DNA from: Archangiaceae bacterium
Lineage (GTDB): Bacteria; Myxococcota; Myxococcia; Myxococcales; Myxococcaceae
Assembly: GCA_043750125.1 (NCBI GenBank)
Contig: JAYVCD010000176.1
Coordinates: forward strand, 1 to 29,528
DNA: 29,528 nucleotides
Reading direction: 5' to 3'
Below the pieces are notes generated by a model that saw only the letters and a program-made list of their open reading frames with translations, searched no databases and was not told where the DNA came from. How positions within the stretch are numbered: position 1 is the stretch's first letter; each line of letters begins with the position of its first letter. Shown one piece after another: positions 16,340-28,425 of this stretch. Made by a program: the position numbers and the translations under genes.

Positions 16340-17641
16340 TTAGCTGGAGACAGGAAGTTGCTTCCGCACCAACTGGCGCGGAGTCGGCGGCTTCAGATCG
16401 GGCGCGTCGATCGCCTCGAGGACGATCTCGAACAGCCCATTGTCGAACGGGTCTCCAGGAGCCGCCTTCTTCAGCACCAGCCGTTCGCGCTTGCCCTCAC
16501 CCGCAAGCTTCCGGGCGCGAAAGTGACAGTACGGGTTGTTGCCGGGGCGACCGAACAACGCGTGGGCGGTGAAGGTGCACCCTCCCATGCAGGTCTCGGC
16601 GAAGGGACAGGTGCGGCAAAAGCCCCAGAGGTCTTCGACGGTGCGTTTGCGCGCGAAGGCCAACTGAGGAGCCTCATTCCAGATCTGCTCGAGGCTCTGG
16701 TCTTTCAGCGACCCCCCGACGTACGACTTCGTCTGCAGCGACGGGCAGCCCTTCACCGCGCCGTCCGACTCGATGCCCACCACCAGCTTCCCGGCCTGGC
16801 AGCCTCGCCAGTGGTCATGCATCTCGGGGCGGGGCGAGCGCAGCAGCCCTTCCTCGGGGCCGAAGTACCCCAGATTATTTCCAGGGAAGATCACAATCCG
16901 GTCCTCGAACGCCCGCTTCTTCAGAGCGGCGATTCGCGGCACCAGGTCGTTCAAGTCCCAGGGCTGCAGCAACATCGCGGGGCGATCGGCCGCGCGCCCG
17001 AGCGGAACGGTGATCTGCACCTGCCAGCTGACGATGCCGAGCTTCTTCAGCTCTTCGTACAGCGGCTCGAGGTCCGCGTGGTTCAGCCGATTGAGGTTGA
17101 TGTTCGAAGCCGTGCGCATCCCCGCGGCCTTCAACGACCGAAGCGCAGCGGTCGCCGAGGCGAAGCTGCCGCGCGAGGCCCGCATCAAATCGTGCGTCGG
17201 CTCGAGTCCGTCGATGCTCACCGAGACCGAGTGCAGCCCGGCCTTCGCCATCTGCACCGCCAATTCGGGGGTGATGCCCCGGCCTCCCGTCGTCATCGTC
17301 GGACGAATTCCGCCGGCCTTCAGCGCGGCGATGATTTCGAGGAAGCCCGGGTGCAGATAGGCCTCGCCTCCAATCAACACCACTTCGGAGCAGTGCATCT
17401 TCACCAACTGCCCGACCACTTCGAGCGCTTGCGCGGTGCTGAGCTCTGACGGCCGCGCGGTGCCGGCACGCGAACCACAATGGGTGCACGGCTGGTCGCA
17501 GGCGAGGGTCAGTTCCCACACCACGTAGGCGGGGTGAAAGGGCTGGTTGACACCGAAGCGACGGAAGACTTTTTCCCGGTCGGTGGCACCCCCGATGCTG
17601 TTCCCATCGACGCGCGGCGCTGCGGTGTTTTCACTTTGCAT
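16340..17641 (-). CDS. Radical SAM/SPASM peptide maturase of the PlpX (splicease) / GDL-motif-peptide-associated family
   Basis: YVVWELTLACDQPCTHCGSRAG, LIGGEA, MTTGG, WQVQITVPLGRAAD, GNNLGYFGP, GCQAG..GIESDGAVKGCPSL, LWGFCRTC..CMGGC, GNNPYCHFRA, GDPFDNG; GGGGAG ribosome-binding site. Confidence 0.88.
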   Translation of the reverse strand: MQSENTAAPRVDGNSIGGATDREKVFRRFGVNQPFHPAYVVWELTLACDQPCTHCGSRAGTARPSELSTAQALEVVGQLVKMHCSEVVLIGGEAYLHPGFLEIIAALKAGGIRPTMTTGGRGITPELAVQMAKAGLHSVSVSIDGLEPTHDLMRASRGSFASATAALRSLKAAGMRTASNINLNRLNHADLEPLYEELKKLGIVSWQVQITVPLGRAADRPAMLLQPWDLNDLVPRIAALKKRAFEDRIVIFPGNNLGYFGPEEGLLRSPRPEMHDHWRGCQAGKLVVGIESDGAVKGCPSLQTKSYVGGSLKDQSLEQIWNEAPQLAFARKRTVEDLWGFCRTCPFAETCMGGCTFTAHALFGRPGNNPYCHFRARKLAGEGKRERLVLKKAAPGDPFDNGLFEIVLEAIDAPDLKPPTPRQLVRKQLPVSS

Positions 17642-17756
17642 TCGAGGCTCCCCGGGTCGTGAAACCCACGCTGTGCACTTCGTGGGCCCGTGGCTAACCC
17701 ACCAGAACTTCGAGTTGAGCGCCTGGGCCGCTGACGCCGAAGTCAGGGCGCGGGCG

Positions 17757-19300
17757 TCAGGCTGAAGGGCGGCGCGAGTCCTCGAGCCGCAGCTTGCGCA
17801 AACCGAACACCGTCATCCGGAACAACAGCAGGCCCGCGGTAAACCTTGAAATCTTGGTGTCGCCATAGGTTCGGGCCCGGTACCGCACGGGAAGGTCGGT
17901 AATTCGCAAGTTGAGTCGGGCCGCTCCGAAGAGCAGATCGAAATCGCCGAACGGATCAAAGTCGCCGAAGAAGTCGCGATGGGCGGCGATCTGTTCGTAG
18001 TCGCGACGCCACAGCACCTTGGTCCCGCACAGCGAATCTTTGATCGGCTGCTCGAGCACCCACGACAGCGCCGAGCTGAAGAACTTGTTGCCCAGCAGGT
18101 TGAGGAAGCGCATCGCCTCGCCTTCCATCGGGTAGACCAGCCGCACCCCGTTGATGAAGTCGCCGCGCCCCGAGACGAGGGCCCGATGAAACTTGGGGAG
18201 ATCTTCGGGCGGCACCGTGAGATCCGAATCGAGAATCATCAGCATGTCGCATTGCGCCGCCGCGAAGCCTTTCCGAACCGCGTCGCCCTTCCCCTTCCCC
18301 TCACCCTGCAAGATCAACTTCAGCTCGAGCGGACCCTTGTAGGCAGCAATGCACTTCTCGATTTCTTCGACCGTGCCGTCGGTCGAATTTCCGTCGACGA
18401 AAATCAGCTCGGTTCGGCCCCCCATCTTCGGAGTGCGTTGAATCGCCGCCTCGATGTTCCCCTTCTCGTTGCGGGTCGGACAGATGACCGACACCGAAGC
18501 CTGGGTCTTGGCCTTCGGGCTTTGGCTCGCGAGCGGACGACCCACCGCGTACATCAACAGCGAGGCGTGCTTGAGGCCCGGCACTTTTCCGCCGAGCCGA
18601 TTGATCACCGCGCCCACTGCGGGCAGCGCGAATGGAGCCAGCACGTCGGTACCCTGGCGAATCGTCTCGAACCCGGCCAGGTGCATCAGGTTCGCGATGT
18701 CCCGCTGCGACAACCAGTTTTGATCCGGCCACGGAGTCCGCTGTCCCATTCGGGTCGCCAGGTCGAGCACCGGCTCCCAGAGGAAGTTGTAGTAGGTGAC
18801 GATCAGCTTCCCGTCCGGCTTGAGCAGCGGCCGCACCCGCTCGAGCGCGACCTGCACATCATCGAGGCTGCCGATCACGTCTGAGAGCAGCACGTAGTCG
18901 AACGGCTCGGCGTCGATCGGATCCCGCTCGATGTCTGCCTGAAGGAACTCGAGCCCGGAATTTCTCTCTCTGGCCAGCGCGATCATCCGAGGCGAGATGT
19001 CGATTCCCAGACCGGACGAAGGGCGGGTCGACGCGAGCAGGTCTCCCAGACCGCAGCCGACCTGGAGCACCCGGAACCCCGGCACCACCAGGCTCGACAC
19101 CACCCGCTTCACTTCACGCGCGTAATACGAATTCTTCTCGAGCCAGCCGGCCCGCTGCTCGGCAATCACGTCGTACGCGCGGACCCGGGCCGCCCGTCGC
19201 TCGTCTTCGCCGCGCTGGAAAGCCTCGGCCAACGGGGGCAGCTGAGAATCGGGAACCATCTCGAGCCGCGCAGGTCGTGCGGGCCGTGATTTCACAGGAG

Positions 19301-19304
<4 letters not shown>
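17757..19304 (-). CDS. Bifunctional class I SAM methyltransferase-like / GT2 (polyprenol-phosphate glycosyltransferase-like) protein
   Basis: VLQVGCGLG and GIDIS (MTase); [53 protein letters not shown] (GT2). Start set at the ATGA overlap with fcl. Confidence 0.88.
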
Positions 19305-21257
<1,953 letters not shown>

Positions 21258-21261
<4 letters not shown>

Positions 21262-21995
21262 CGGGCGGGCTTCGTAGCACGCAGCTGGATGTAGGCCCAC
21301 GCGAAGCGCGGCACCACCCGGCCCGCCAACGCCTCGAGGGCCGCCACCGCCTCGCGCACCTTCGCCACCTGCCCCATCGACGGAACGCCGAAGCGGCGGT
21401 GAAAGACCAGCCGATGCAACGGCAGGGGCTGCAGCCGCTGCTCGTGATCAATCTGCAGCCCGGCGCTCTGAAGCAGGCCGCGCAGAAACGGAACGGTGGA
21501 CTTGAGCTCACCGCGTTCCACTTTCTGACTGAGCGCGTGCAACACGATCAGCGGGTTGTAGCGACAGGGCTCGAGCAGATCGAAGCGCCCCTCGGGGGCC
21601 AGCACCCGGAAGCACTCGGCCAGCATTCTTTCCGGCTGATCGAGGTGGTGGACCACATCGCGAACGATGACGTGGTCGAAGCTGGCATCGGCAAATGGAA
21701 GCGCATACGCCGACCCGGCCAGCAGCTGGGCGCGGTGCAGCCGCTGTCGGGCCAGCCGCAACTTGTCTGGGAACAGCTCGAGGCCGACCGAGCCGGCGGG
21801 GTCTCCCAGGTGAGTCAGGGTCGCTCCATCGCCCGCACCCACATCGAGCATCCGGGTTCCGACCGGAGTGAACGCCGCGTGGACCAGCTCGCGTTCACGC
21901 GCGCCGACGACCGGGTGCTCGAGCTGCCACCGCAGGTTCTCTTCATCGCCGCGGCCGAAAGCAGTGCGCAGATGTTCGCCGGAAATCGTCATCAC
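21258..21995 (-). CDS. Class I SAM-dependent methyltransferase
   Basis: [36 protein letters not shown]; 4-bp overlaps with both neighbours. Confidence 0.88.
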
Positions 21996-22891
21996 GGGGC
22001 GGTGAGGCTCTGCAACGCGGTGACGATGCGCGCGAGGTTGCTCTCGATGGGGGAAGGCCGCCAGCCCACCGGCTTCAGGCGCGGCGAATAGGTGATCGAA
22101 CCCGAATTGTCTTTGGTCAGAGTGAACACCACCGCCACCTGTCGCTGCAGGTAGCGCTCGACGGCCAGCTGCAGGCTGAAGATCGACGTAGGCCTGCCCA
22201 TCACCAGGTACGAGCAGCGGTCCTTCTCGCCCTCGGCCGCGACGAACGCGCCCACGTCATGCGCGGAAACGTAGTCGCGCAGCGTGGTCGCATTCGCAGA
22301 GATGGTGGTGGGCCGCCTGCGAAGCGCGTTCAGCACCAGGGTGGGAATCATTCCCAGCCGCTGCTGGCGGCGCGGTACCCCGTACACGCTCGAGGGGCGG
22401 TAGACGTATTTCTTCTTCAGCTGCGAATGTTCCAAAGCCCGTTCCTGCGACAGCTTGAGCTCGGCATAGGGCCGCAACGCCCCGCTGGGCGCCGGGCCTT
22501 CGATGCGCAGCTGGCCTTCGTGAATTCCCCCGCCCGACGAGAGCATGTGGAACTCGGTCGGGAAGCGCTGGTCGAGGCCCTGGGTCCACTCGAGCACCGC
22601 ACGAAACGAGTCGAGCTCGCTGGTCAGCGAGGCGGCGCTCGACGCGAAGCCACCGCGGCCCGCGCACCAGAAGACACGGACGCGGCGGGTTGCGACGGCG
22701 GCTGCGATCCACGGGTCGGCTGCCTTCAGTGAGTTCGCCACTCCCAAGGCGCCCGCCCAGTCGGAAGGAATGGTCGTCTCTCGGGTGACCGGCGGGCCGG
22801 GCAGGTGCCGAATCGCATCGCAGACGGTGACGCCGATCAGCCCCACCCCAAACACCACATCGACTGCCGCGCCGCGTTCAAACAGTTTCAT
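21992..22891 (-). CDS. NAD-dependent epimerase/dehydratase/reductase (extended SDR)
   Basis: VFGVGLIG, LSSGGG, YAELK (YxxxK), RPSSVYG, TLRDYVSAHDVG; start trimmed to ATG 22891. Confidence 0.8.
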   Translation of the reverse strand: MKLFERGAAVDVVFGVGLIGVTVCDAIRHLPGPPVTRETTIPSDWAGALGVANSLKAADPWIAAAVATRRVRVFWCAGRGGFASSAASLTSELDSFRAVLEWTQGLDQRFPTEFHMLSSGGGIHEGQLRIEGPAPSGALRPYAELKLSQERALEHSQLKKKYVYRPSSVYGVPRRQQRLGMIPTLVLNALRRRPTTISANATTLRDYVSAHDVGAFVAAEGEKDRCSYLVMGRPTSIFSLQLAVERYLQRQVAVVFTLTKDNSGSITYSPRLKPVGWRPSPIESNLARIVTALQSLTAP

Positions 22892-23900
22892 GGCGCAGCG
22901 CAGCCGGCAGCGCGGGCGCGGGCTCACGCCGCCACACTGCGTCCTTGCTTCGATCGACGACGGTGAAGGCCGGTCGGCCCTGCGCGCGGCTCATCGTGCT
23001 CGTCTGCCGCTCGAGGATCAGCCCGAACATGAACACCGAGGCGCCGGCCGAGCAGGCGATCAACACGAAAGTCGACGCCCAGCCCCGCACCGGAATGTCG
23101 TCCGGAGCGACCACCTTCTGGACCGCGACCGTGAGCCCCAGCAGCGCAAACCCCAGCGCGAACAGAAAGCCGCCCACCGGAATCCAGCGGAAGAACGGGG
23201 GGTGGTAGGTCATCACCAACCGGCGGAAGTGAGAGAGCAGACTGCCCAGGCGGTAGCCCGATTCCACCCGCGGGTCGGTCATCTCGATGGGCGCGGTCGA
23301 CAGCCGGTCGGTGAGCCAGCGCAGCGCTACGTCGAGGTAGAGGTCATGGCCCGCGAGGGCACCGGCCGCTCGCGCGATCTCTCCCCGGATCAGTCGGAAG
23401 CTGTTGAACATCGGGACGAAGGGGTCCGCCACCACCCACGCGGTCAACCGCTTCGCCATGCGGGAGGATGCGTTGCGCCACCACCTTGAATGGGTCGCGA
23501 CCGTGGACGCCGCGTAGCAAATGTCGAAGCTGCGCGGCAGCGTGGCCTCGAACAGGGCGTGCACTCGAAACGGATCGTGCTGACCGTCCTCGTCCATCGT
23601 GACGACCCAGTCGCCCGAGGTGTGGAGCATGCCCGCGGCGGTCGCGGCGTGCTGGCCCGAGTTCTTCGCGAGGTGAATGACGCTGATCCACGGTCGATCG
23701 CGCGCGAGCGAGGCGAGCAGTTTGGCCGAGCCATCGATCGGCTCGTCGCACACGAAGATCACTTCGATCAGCCGCAGCGAGGATCCCGACGACTCGAGGT
23801 GCGCACGGAACGCTTCCTGGCGGGCCACCAGCTCGGGAAGGTGCTTTTCGCCGTGGTAGACCGGCACCACGAACGAAAGCGAAAGAAACGCATCGGTCAT
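22878..23900 (-). CDS. GT2 glycosyltransferase, GtrB/ArnC-like with two C-terminal TM helices
   Basis: From MTDAFLSLSFVVPVY: HLAKNSGQHAATAAG, TMDEDGQHDP, NSFRLI, SGY, two hydrophobic helices around RGWAS. Confidence 0.88.
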   Translation of the reverse strand: MTDAFLSLSFVVPVYHGEKHLPELVARQEAFRAHLESSGSSLRLIEVIFVCDEPIDGSAKLLASLARDRPWISVIHLAKNSGQHAATAAGMLHTSGDWVVTMDEDGQHDPFRVHALFEATLPRSFDICYAASTVATHSRWWRNASSRMAKRLTAWVVADPFVPMFNSFRLIRGEIARAAGALAGHDLYLDVALRWLTDRLSTAPIEMTDPRVESGYRLGSLLSHFRRLVMTYHPPFFRWIPVGGFLFALGFALLGLTVAVQKVVAPDDIPVRGWASTFVLIACSAGASVFMFGLILERQTSTMSRAQGRPAFTVVDRSKDAVWRREPAPALPAALRHETV

Positions 23901-23973
23901 CGGCTCGCGAATAGCACGCTCGCAGACCCGCCACGCTTCGACATTTCGGAACCCAACGCCTTGCCACCAAGCC

Positions 23974-24831
23974 ATGCCGCGGCTAAGTGCGCGCGTGCGC
24001 GTGTCCGAATTGCCCGAAGAGCAGCACCCCGAACGGCAGCTCTTCGCCGCAGCCGAAGAGCTGGCCGACCAGCCCTCGCGAGAAGCCCAGCTGAGCCGAT
24101 TGTCGCAGTACCGCCGCGTCGCATTCGTCGGGCTGTCGTCGATGGCTCCTTCGGGCGAGCCGCCCACCTGGCCTTCGCTGCTGGTGCGCTTGCCCGCGGT
24201 GCCCCCTGACACCGCCGCGCTGCTTTCGTCCAACGACGATGCCGTGCTCGACGACGACACGCTGGGCAAAGCGGTCACCCTGGTGCGCGCCGCAGCCCGC
24301 GAGGTGTTGGGCCTGGTCGAGGCGCAAGATCAATCTCGCCACCTTGCCGCCCACCGCCGCGTCGTCCGGGGCGCGAATGGGTTCGTGGTGGGCTTTGCGG
24401 TCCTGGCGATGGTCGTGGCCGCAGCCTTCAAAGCGATCGAGCCGGTGGATCTCGCCGCCGGAAAGCCGTGGCGGGCCAGCAGCAAGATGTTCGATTGCCA
24501 CCCTGAGCGCATCGAGTGCGGCGGGGTCCGCACCGCGATCTTGTTTCACACCAACAGCGAGAACGAGCCCTGGTTCGAGATCGACCTCAGCACGCCCACC
24601 CCGTTCAGTGCGGTGACGATTCGCAACCGCAGCGACGCGGCGCCCGAACGCGCGGTGCCCCTGGTGCTCGAGGTCAGCGATGATCGCGCCGCGTGGCGGG
24701 TGCTCTCGACTCAGGCCGACCCGTTTCGGGTGTGGAAGGCCAAAGTCGGGCCGGTCACTGCGCGGTACGTGCGGCTGCGCGCGACGCGGCAGACGTACCT
24801 TCACCTCGACTCGGTGAAGGTGCATCCCTGA
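23974..24831 (+). CDS. Membrane-anchored discoidin (F5/8 type C, CBM32-like) domain protein
   Basis: TM FVVGFAVLAMVVAAAF, then DLAAGKPWRASS, FHTNSENEPWFEIDL, IRNRSD, LEVSDD, ARYVRL, LHLDSVKV. Confidence 0.85.
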   Translation: MPRLSARVRVSELPEEQHPERQLFAAAEELADQPSREAQLSRLSQYRRVAFVGLSSMAPSGEPPTWPSLLVRLPAVPPDTAALLSSNDDAVLDDDTLGKAVTLVRAAAREVLGLVEAQDQSRHLAAHRRVVRGANGFVVGFAVLAMVVAAAFKAIEPVDLAAGKPWRASSKMFDCHPERIECGGVRTAILFHTNSENEPWFEIDLSTPTPFSAVTIRNRSDAAPERAVPLVLEVSDDRAAWRVLSTQADPFRVWKAKVGPVTARYVRLRATRQTYLHLDSVKVHP

Positions 24832-25459
24832 CGGTGGAACGTTCGGCTGGTTCGAGCCCCATCATCGCGAAGGTCGAGCGGCCCCGCTTCGGGTGGGACT
24901 TGATCAAGCTGTGGTGGACGACCCGGAAGTTGGCGCGCTCGGCCAGCGAGATGTAGCCCTCGGGCTTGCGCGGGAACTTGCCGCGATCGAGCCGCGCGAA
25001 CAGGTTGCTCAAGTGATGGCCGGCCACGTAGGTCGGGTCGACGGTCGCCACCCGCTTCAGCCCGGGCGACTGCGACAGCATCGAGAGCAGCTCGAGCACG
25101 TCGGAATCCGAAAGGTGGTGGAGCAGCCCGCCGAGCATCACCCGGGAAGGTCGCAGCCGCTCGAGGTCGGCCGCTTCGAGCCGACGTTCCTCGAAGTGCA
25201 CGTCGGTGCGCCCCGCCGCCCGCTTGTACGCCGCGCGCAGCGCAATCGGGTCGGTGTCGAACCCGTGGTAGGCGCGAAAGCGGGTCTGGTGGGTGAGCCC
25301 ATCGCCGGTGCCACAGCCCACGTCGACCACCACGTCATCGGGCTCGACGCCCAGCTGCCGCCAGACCGGGCTGTTGTCCACCCCGCCGACGACGAACGGC
25401 CGCACGTGCTCGTAGACGAACGGGTGCCCCATCACGCGCTGGTAGATCGCGGAAATCAT
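24755..25459 (-). CDS. Class I SAM-dependent methyltransferase
   Basis: From MISAIYQ: VVVDVGCGTG, YHGFDTD, GGLLHHLSD, LDRGKF. The 3' end overlaps the convergent discoidin gene by 77 bp. Confidence 0.85.
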   Translation of the reverse strand: MISAIYQRVMGHPFVYEHVRPFVVGGVDNSPVWRQLGVEPDDVVVDVGCGTGDGLTHQTRFRAYHGFDTDPIALRAAYKRAAGRTDVHFEERRLEAADLERLRPSRVMLGGLLHHLSDSDVLELLSMLSQSPGLKRVATVDPTYVAGHHLSNLFARLDRGKFPRKPEGYISLAERANFRVVHHSLIKSHPKRGRSTFAMMGLEPAERSTVRDAPSPSRGEGTSAASRAAARTAQ

Positions 25460-25539
25460 CGGATGCCTGGGTTGGGCTTCATGTCCGGGCGTTTGCCACA
25501 GACCAACGCCGGCTTTCAAGGTTCACCGCGGCGGCGTCA

Positions 25540-27231
25540 CTACCAGGGCGCGGCGGTCGCACAGGCGGCGAGGTCTTTTCGCGCGTAGAAGACGAAGCTG
25601 CGCCCGAAGATGTCGGCCACCGAGGGCACCCGGCAGTACCTCGCGCGCAGAAACGGCTCGTAGATCGCCATGCTCACCATCGTCGTCGAGCCCACGGGCG
25701 CGTCGAGGATCACCGGGGGCGGCTTCGCGGTGAGCTCGGCGAGCAACTTCTCGCGGCTGCCCGGCGCGGTGCGCGCGAGGGTCGGCTCATTCCAGAAGGG
25801 GGGCACGATGCCTGCCACGGTGGTGGTGTAGGTGAAGAACGACGACGAGGGCCGCCGGCAGGAAATGTAGAGATCTCCGTAGGTCCCCCAGACGAAGAAG
25901 GCCTCGTGTCCCGGGCCCGCCAGCCGATCAATCTCGGCGCAGACCGGGTTGGGGCGAGGATTCTTGTACCAGCCCTGAACGTCGCGCTGCTCGTGCAGCA
26001 GCAACAGCTTTCGGACCCCAAACCCCACCAGCAGGCTGCCCAGAATCACCGCGACCACCAGCTGACCGCCCACCCGGGCCACCTCGCCCCGGCGCAGGAC
26101 CCCTTCCACACCGACCCCGGCCACCAACCCGAAGAAGGGCCAGATGGGGATGAAGTAGTGCGGCCAGATTCGCAATGGAATCGCGGCGCCGAGCGTCAGC
26201 ATCACCGCCCCGAACCCGACCATCGTCTCGAACGCGGTCGAGCCCGCCGCCTTCGCCAGACCGCGCGCCGAGAATTCTCTGATGCGGGACAGCGGCCGGC
26301 CGATCGCGACGACCAGGGCGAGCGCGAGGGCGACCTGGGCCCAGGTCCATTCGAAGAACAATGCGACCAGGCTCGAGATGATCTTGCCCTGGTACGGCTC
26401 CATGTAGATTTTCGCGTTGAAGCCGGTCGACCAGAAGATGAACGAGCCCAGCTCGCCCACCACCGCGTACCGCAGCAAGATCAAGCCGACCAGCCCGAGC
26501 CCGCCGGCGACGAAGGGAAGCAGCGCGCGGGTTGCCACCCGTTTCCACCGGGCCACCTGCTCGTCGTCGCGCCCGGCCTCGATTGCGGCGATGAACCAGC
26601 CGAGGGGAAAGACCGCCAGCGACAGGGTCTGCTTGGTGAAGGTGGCCACCCCGAGCAGTGCCCCCGCGGCGACCAGCCAGCCGATGCGACCGCGGCCGGT
26701 CTTGGCGCGGTGACTGCCGAACGCGGCGGCAAAGCAGGCCACCATCAACACCGCGATTCCCACCGGCTCGGCGGTGACGGCGACGCCCGCGTTTACGTCG
26801 TAGCTGACGGCGGTGGCGTAGACGTAGGCGACCGCTCCAATTGCACCGGCGAGCGGCCAACGGGCAGCCCAGCCGAACGCCAGGGTGGCGACCACCGTGA
26901 CCACGCAAGAGGTGAGGCCCAGCGCGCGCGACCCGGTGAACTCGAAGCGGCCGGTGAGGACCTGAAACAGCGCCAGAAACCAATAGAGAAAGGGGCCGCG
27001 GTGGGCGACTGCATCGACGTAGGGCAGCCACTGCCCATCGACCAGCCGCTCGGCAGCGGCGGCCTCGAAGCCCTCGTCGAACCCGAGCTGCTGCGAATAC
27101 GGCAACATGAAAAAAAGGTGAATCGAGGTCGCCACCGACGCGGCGGCGAGCGTCAGCCAACCGGGAACGAAGGTCAGAGCGCGCAGAGCGAGCTCGCGAA
27201 CGCGCTGCCGTGAGGGGAATTTCAACGCCAT
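25540..27231 (-). CDS. Polytopic GT-C fold glycosyltransferase (ArnT/PMT-like)
   Basis: After TM1, GFDEG...LVDGQWLPYVDAVAHRGP; many TM helices; TKQ and WPHYFIP motifs; C-terminal soluble domain. Confidence 0.78.
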   Translation of the reverse strand: MALKFPSRQRVRELALRALTFVPGWLTLAAASVATSIHLFFMLPYSQQLGFDEGFEAAAAERLVDGQWLPYVDAVAHRGPFLYWFLALFQVLTGRFEFTGSRALGLTSCVVTVVATLAFGWAARWPLAGAIGAVAYVYATAVSYDVNAGVAVTAEPVGIAVLMVACFAAAFGSHRAKTGRGRIGWLVAAGALLGVATFTKQTLSLAVFPLGWFIAAIEAGRDDEQVARWKRVATRALLPFVAGGLGLVGLILLRYAVVGELGSFIFWSTGFNAKIYMEPYQGKIISSLVALFFEWTWAQVALALALVVAIGRPLSRIREFSARGLAKAAGSTAFETMVGFGAVMLTLGAAIPLRIWPHYFIPIWPFFGLVAGVGVEGVLRRGEVARVGGQLVVAVILGSLLVGFGVRKLLLLHEQRDVQGWYKNPRPNPVCAEIDRLAGPGHEAFFVWGTYGDLYISCRRPSSSFFTYTTTVAGIVPPFWNEPTLARTAPGSREKLLAELTAKPPPVILDAPVGSTTMVSMAIYEPFLRARYCRVPSVADIFGRSFVFYARKDLAACATAAPW

Positions 27232-27303
27232 GAGATCAAGCGCGGGCGTCTATCACAGTCGTCGCTCGAAACTTCGGCCGAAGCGGGCTAGAGGCCAGCG
27301 CAG

Positions 27304-28425
27304 ATGATCGGCCTGGCGAACTTTCAACGGCAATGGGATTCGTCGCGCGACGCTTATCTCGCCGCGGTCGATCGGGTGGGGCGCAGCGGCTGGCTGATTC
27401 TGGGGAAGGAAGTCAGCCAGTTTGAAGCCGACCTCGCGAAGTTCTGGGGTGTCGAGCACGCCGTCGGCGTCGCCAGCGGTCTCGACGCGCTGGAAATCGC
27501 CTTCCGTTGTCTTGGAATGAAAGCCGGAGATCGGGTGCTGACGACTCCGATGAGCGCGTTCGCGACCACGCTCGCGATCATCAAGGTCGGAGCGGTGCCC
27601 GTCTTCGCCGACCTCGATGCCTCGGGCCAGCTCGACCTGGTTCAGGCCCGGGCGGTGGTGAAGGCCGCGCCGGCGAAGGTGCGCTTCGTGGTCCCGGTGC
27701 ATCTCTATGGCCACGCGATGGATCTCGACGCGCTCGAGACCTTCGCGAAGGAAGAAGGGCTCACCGTGATCGAAGACTGCGCGCAGGCGATCGGAGCGAA
27801 GAGTCGCGGTCGCCCCGTCGGAGCACTGAGCCGCGCCTTCGCCACCAGCTTCTACCCCACCAAGAACCTCGGGGCGTTTGGCGATGGCGGCGCTCTGCTC
27901 ACCAACGACCCCGCGGTCAGAGACCTCGCCCGCTCTCTGCGCGACTACGGCCAGTCAGACAAATACGTGCACGCCCACCTGGGGCTGAACAGTCGCCTCG
28001 ACGAGCTGCAGGCGGCGCTGCTCTCGATCCAGCTGTCCTTGCTGCCCGCTCAGACCCAGCGCCGCCTCGCCATCGCTGGCCGCTACCGCGAAGGCCTTGC
28101 CCATTCGGCAATTCGGGTGCTGCCGGTTCCCCCCGGGTCGCAGTCGGTGTGGCACCTGTTCCCCGTCGAGGTCGAACCCCCGTTGCGCAAATCGTTTCAA
28201 CGCCACCTGACCGAGTCGTCGGTGGGCAGCGCGGTGCATTACCCGACCCTGATTCCCCACCAGCCGGCGATGGCGAGCACCGCGTGGGAACCGAAGGCGG
28301 CGGGCTTTGCGCGGGCAGTGCAGCTGGCCGGATCTGAAGTCTCGCTCCCGATGCACCCCTTTCTCACCGACGCCGAGGTCGAGCAGGTGATTGATGCCTG
28401 CAACCGCTGGGAGGCAAAGCCGTGA
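27304..28425 (+). CDS. DegT/DnrJ/EryC1/StrS PLP sugar aminotransferase (FdtB-like)
   Basis: GVASGLDAL, PVHLYGH, IEDCAQAIGA, SFYPTKNLGAFGDGG, NSRLDELQAA, SLPMHP. Confidence 0.93.
   Translation: MIGLANFQRQWDSSRDAYLAAVDRVGRSGWLILGKEVSQFEADLAKFWGVEHAVGVASGLDALEIAFRCLGMKAGDRVLTTPMSAFATTLAIIKVGAVPVFADLDASGQLDLVQARAVVKAAPAKVRFVVPVHLYGHAMDLDALETFAKEEGLTVIEDCAQAIGAKSRGRPVGALSRAFATSFYPTKNLGAFGDGGALLTNDPAVRDLARSLRDYGQSDKYVHAHLGLNSRLDELQAALLSIQLSLLPAQTQRRLAIAGRYREGLAHSAIRVLPVPPGSQSVWHLFPVEVEPPLRKSFQRHLTESSVGSAVHYPTLIPHQPAMASTAWEPKAAGFARAVQLAGSEVSLPMHPFLTDAEVEQVIDACNRWEAKP

Noticed and set aside
17642-17760. Precursor peptide or riboswitch upstream of the splicease-like gene (short hairpins CCCACG/CGTGGG and CTGACGCC/GGCGTCAG)
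   Set aside because: No YG-containing ORF. The stems are short and GC-rich with no U-tract or recognisable aptamer, as expected by chance at this GC content.
23901-24278. N-terminal extension of the GT2 ORF (466 aa in the track)
   Set aside because: Ser-rich non-coding-like sequence overlapping the discoidin gene; the GT2 fold starts at Met 23900.
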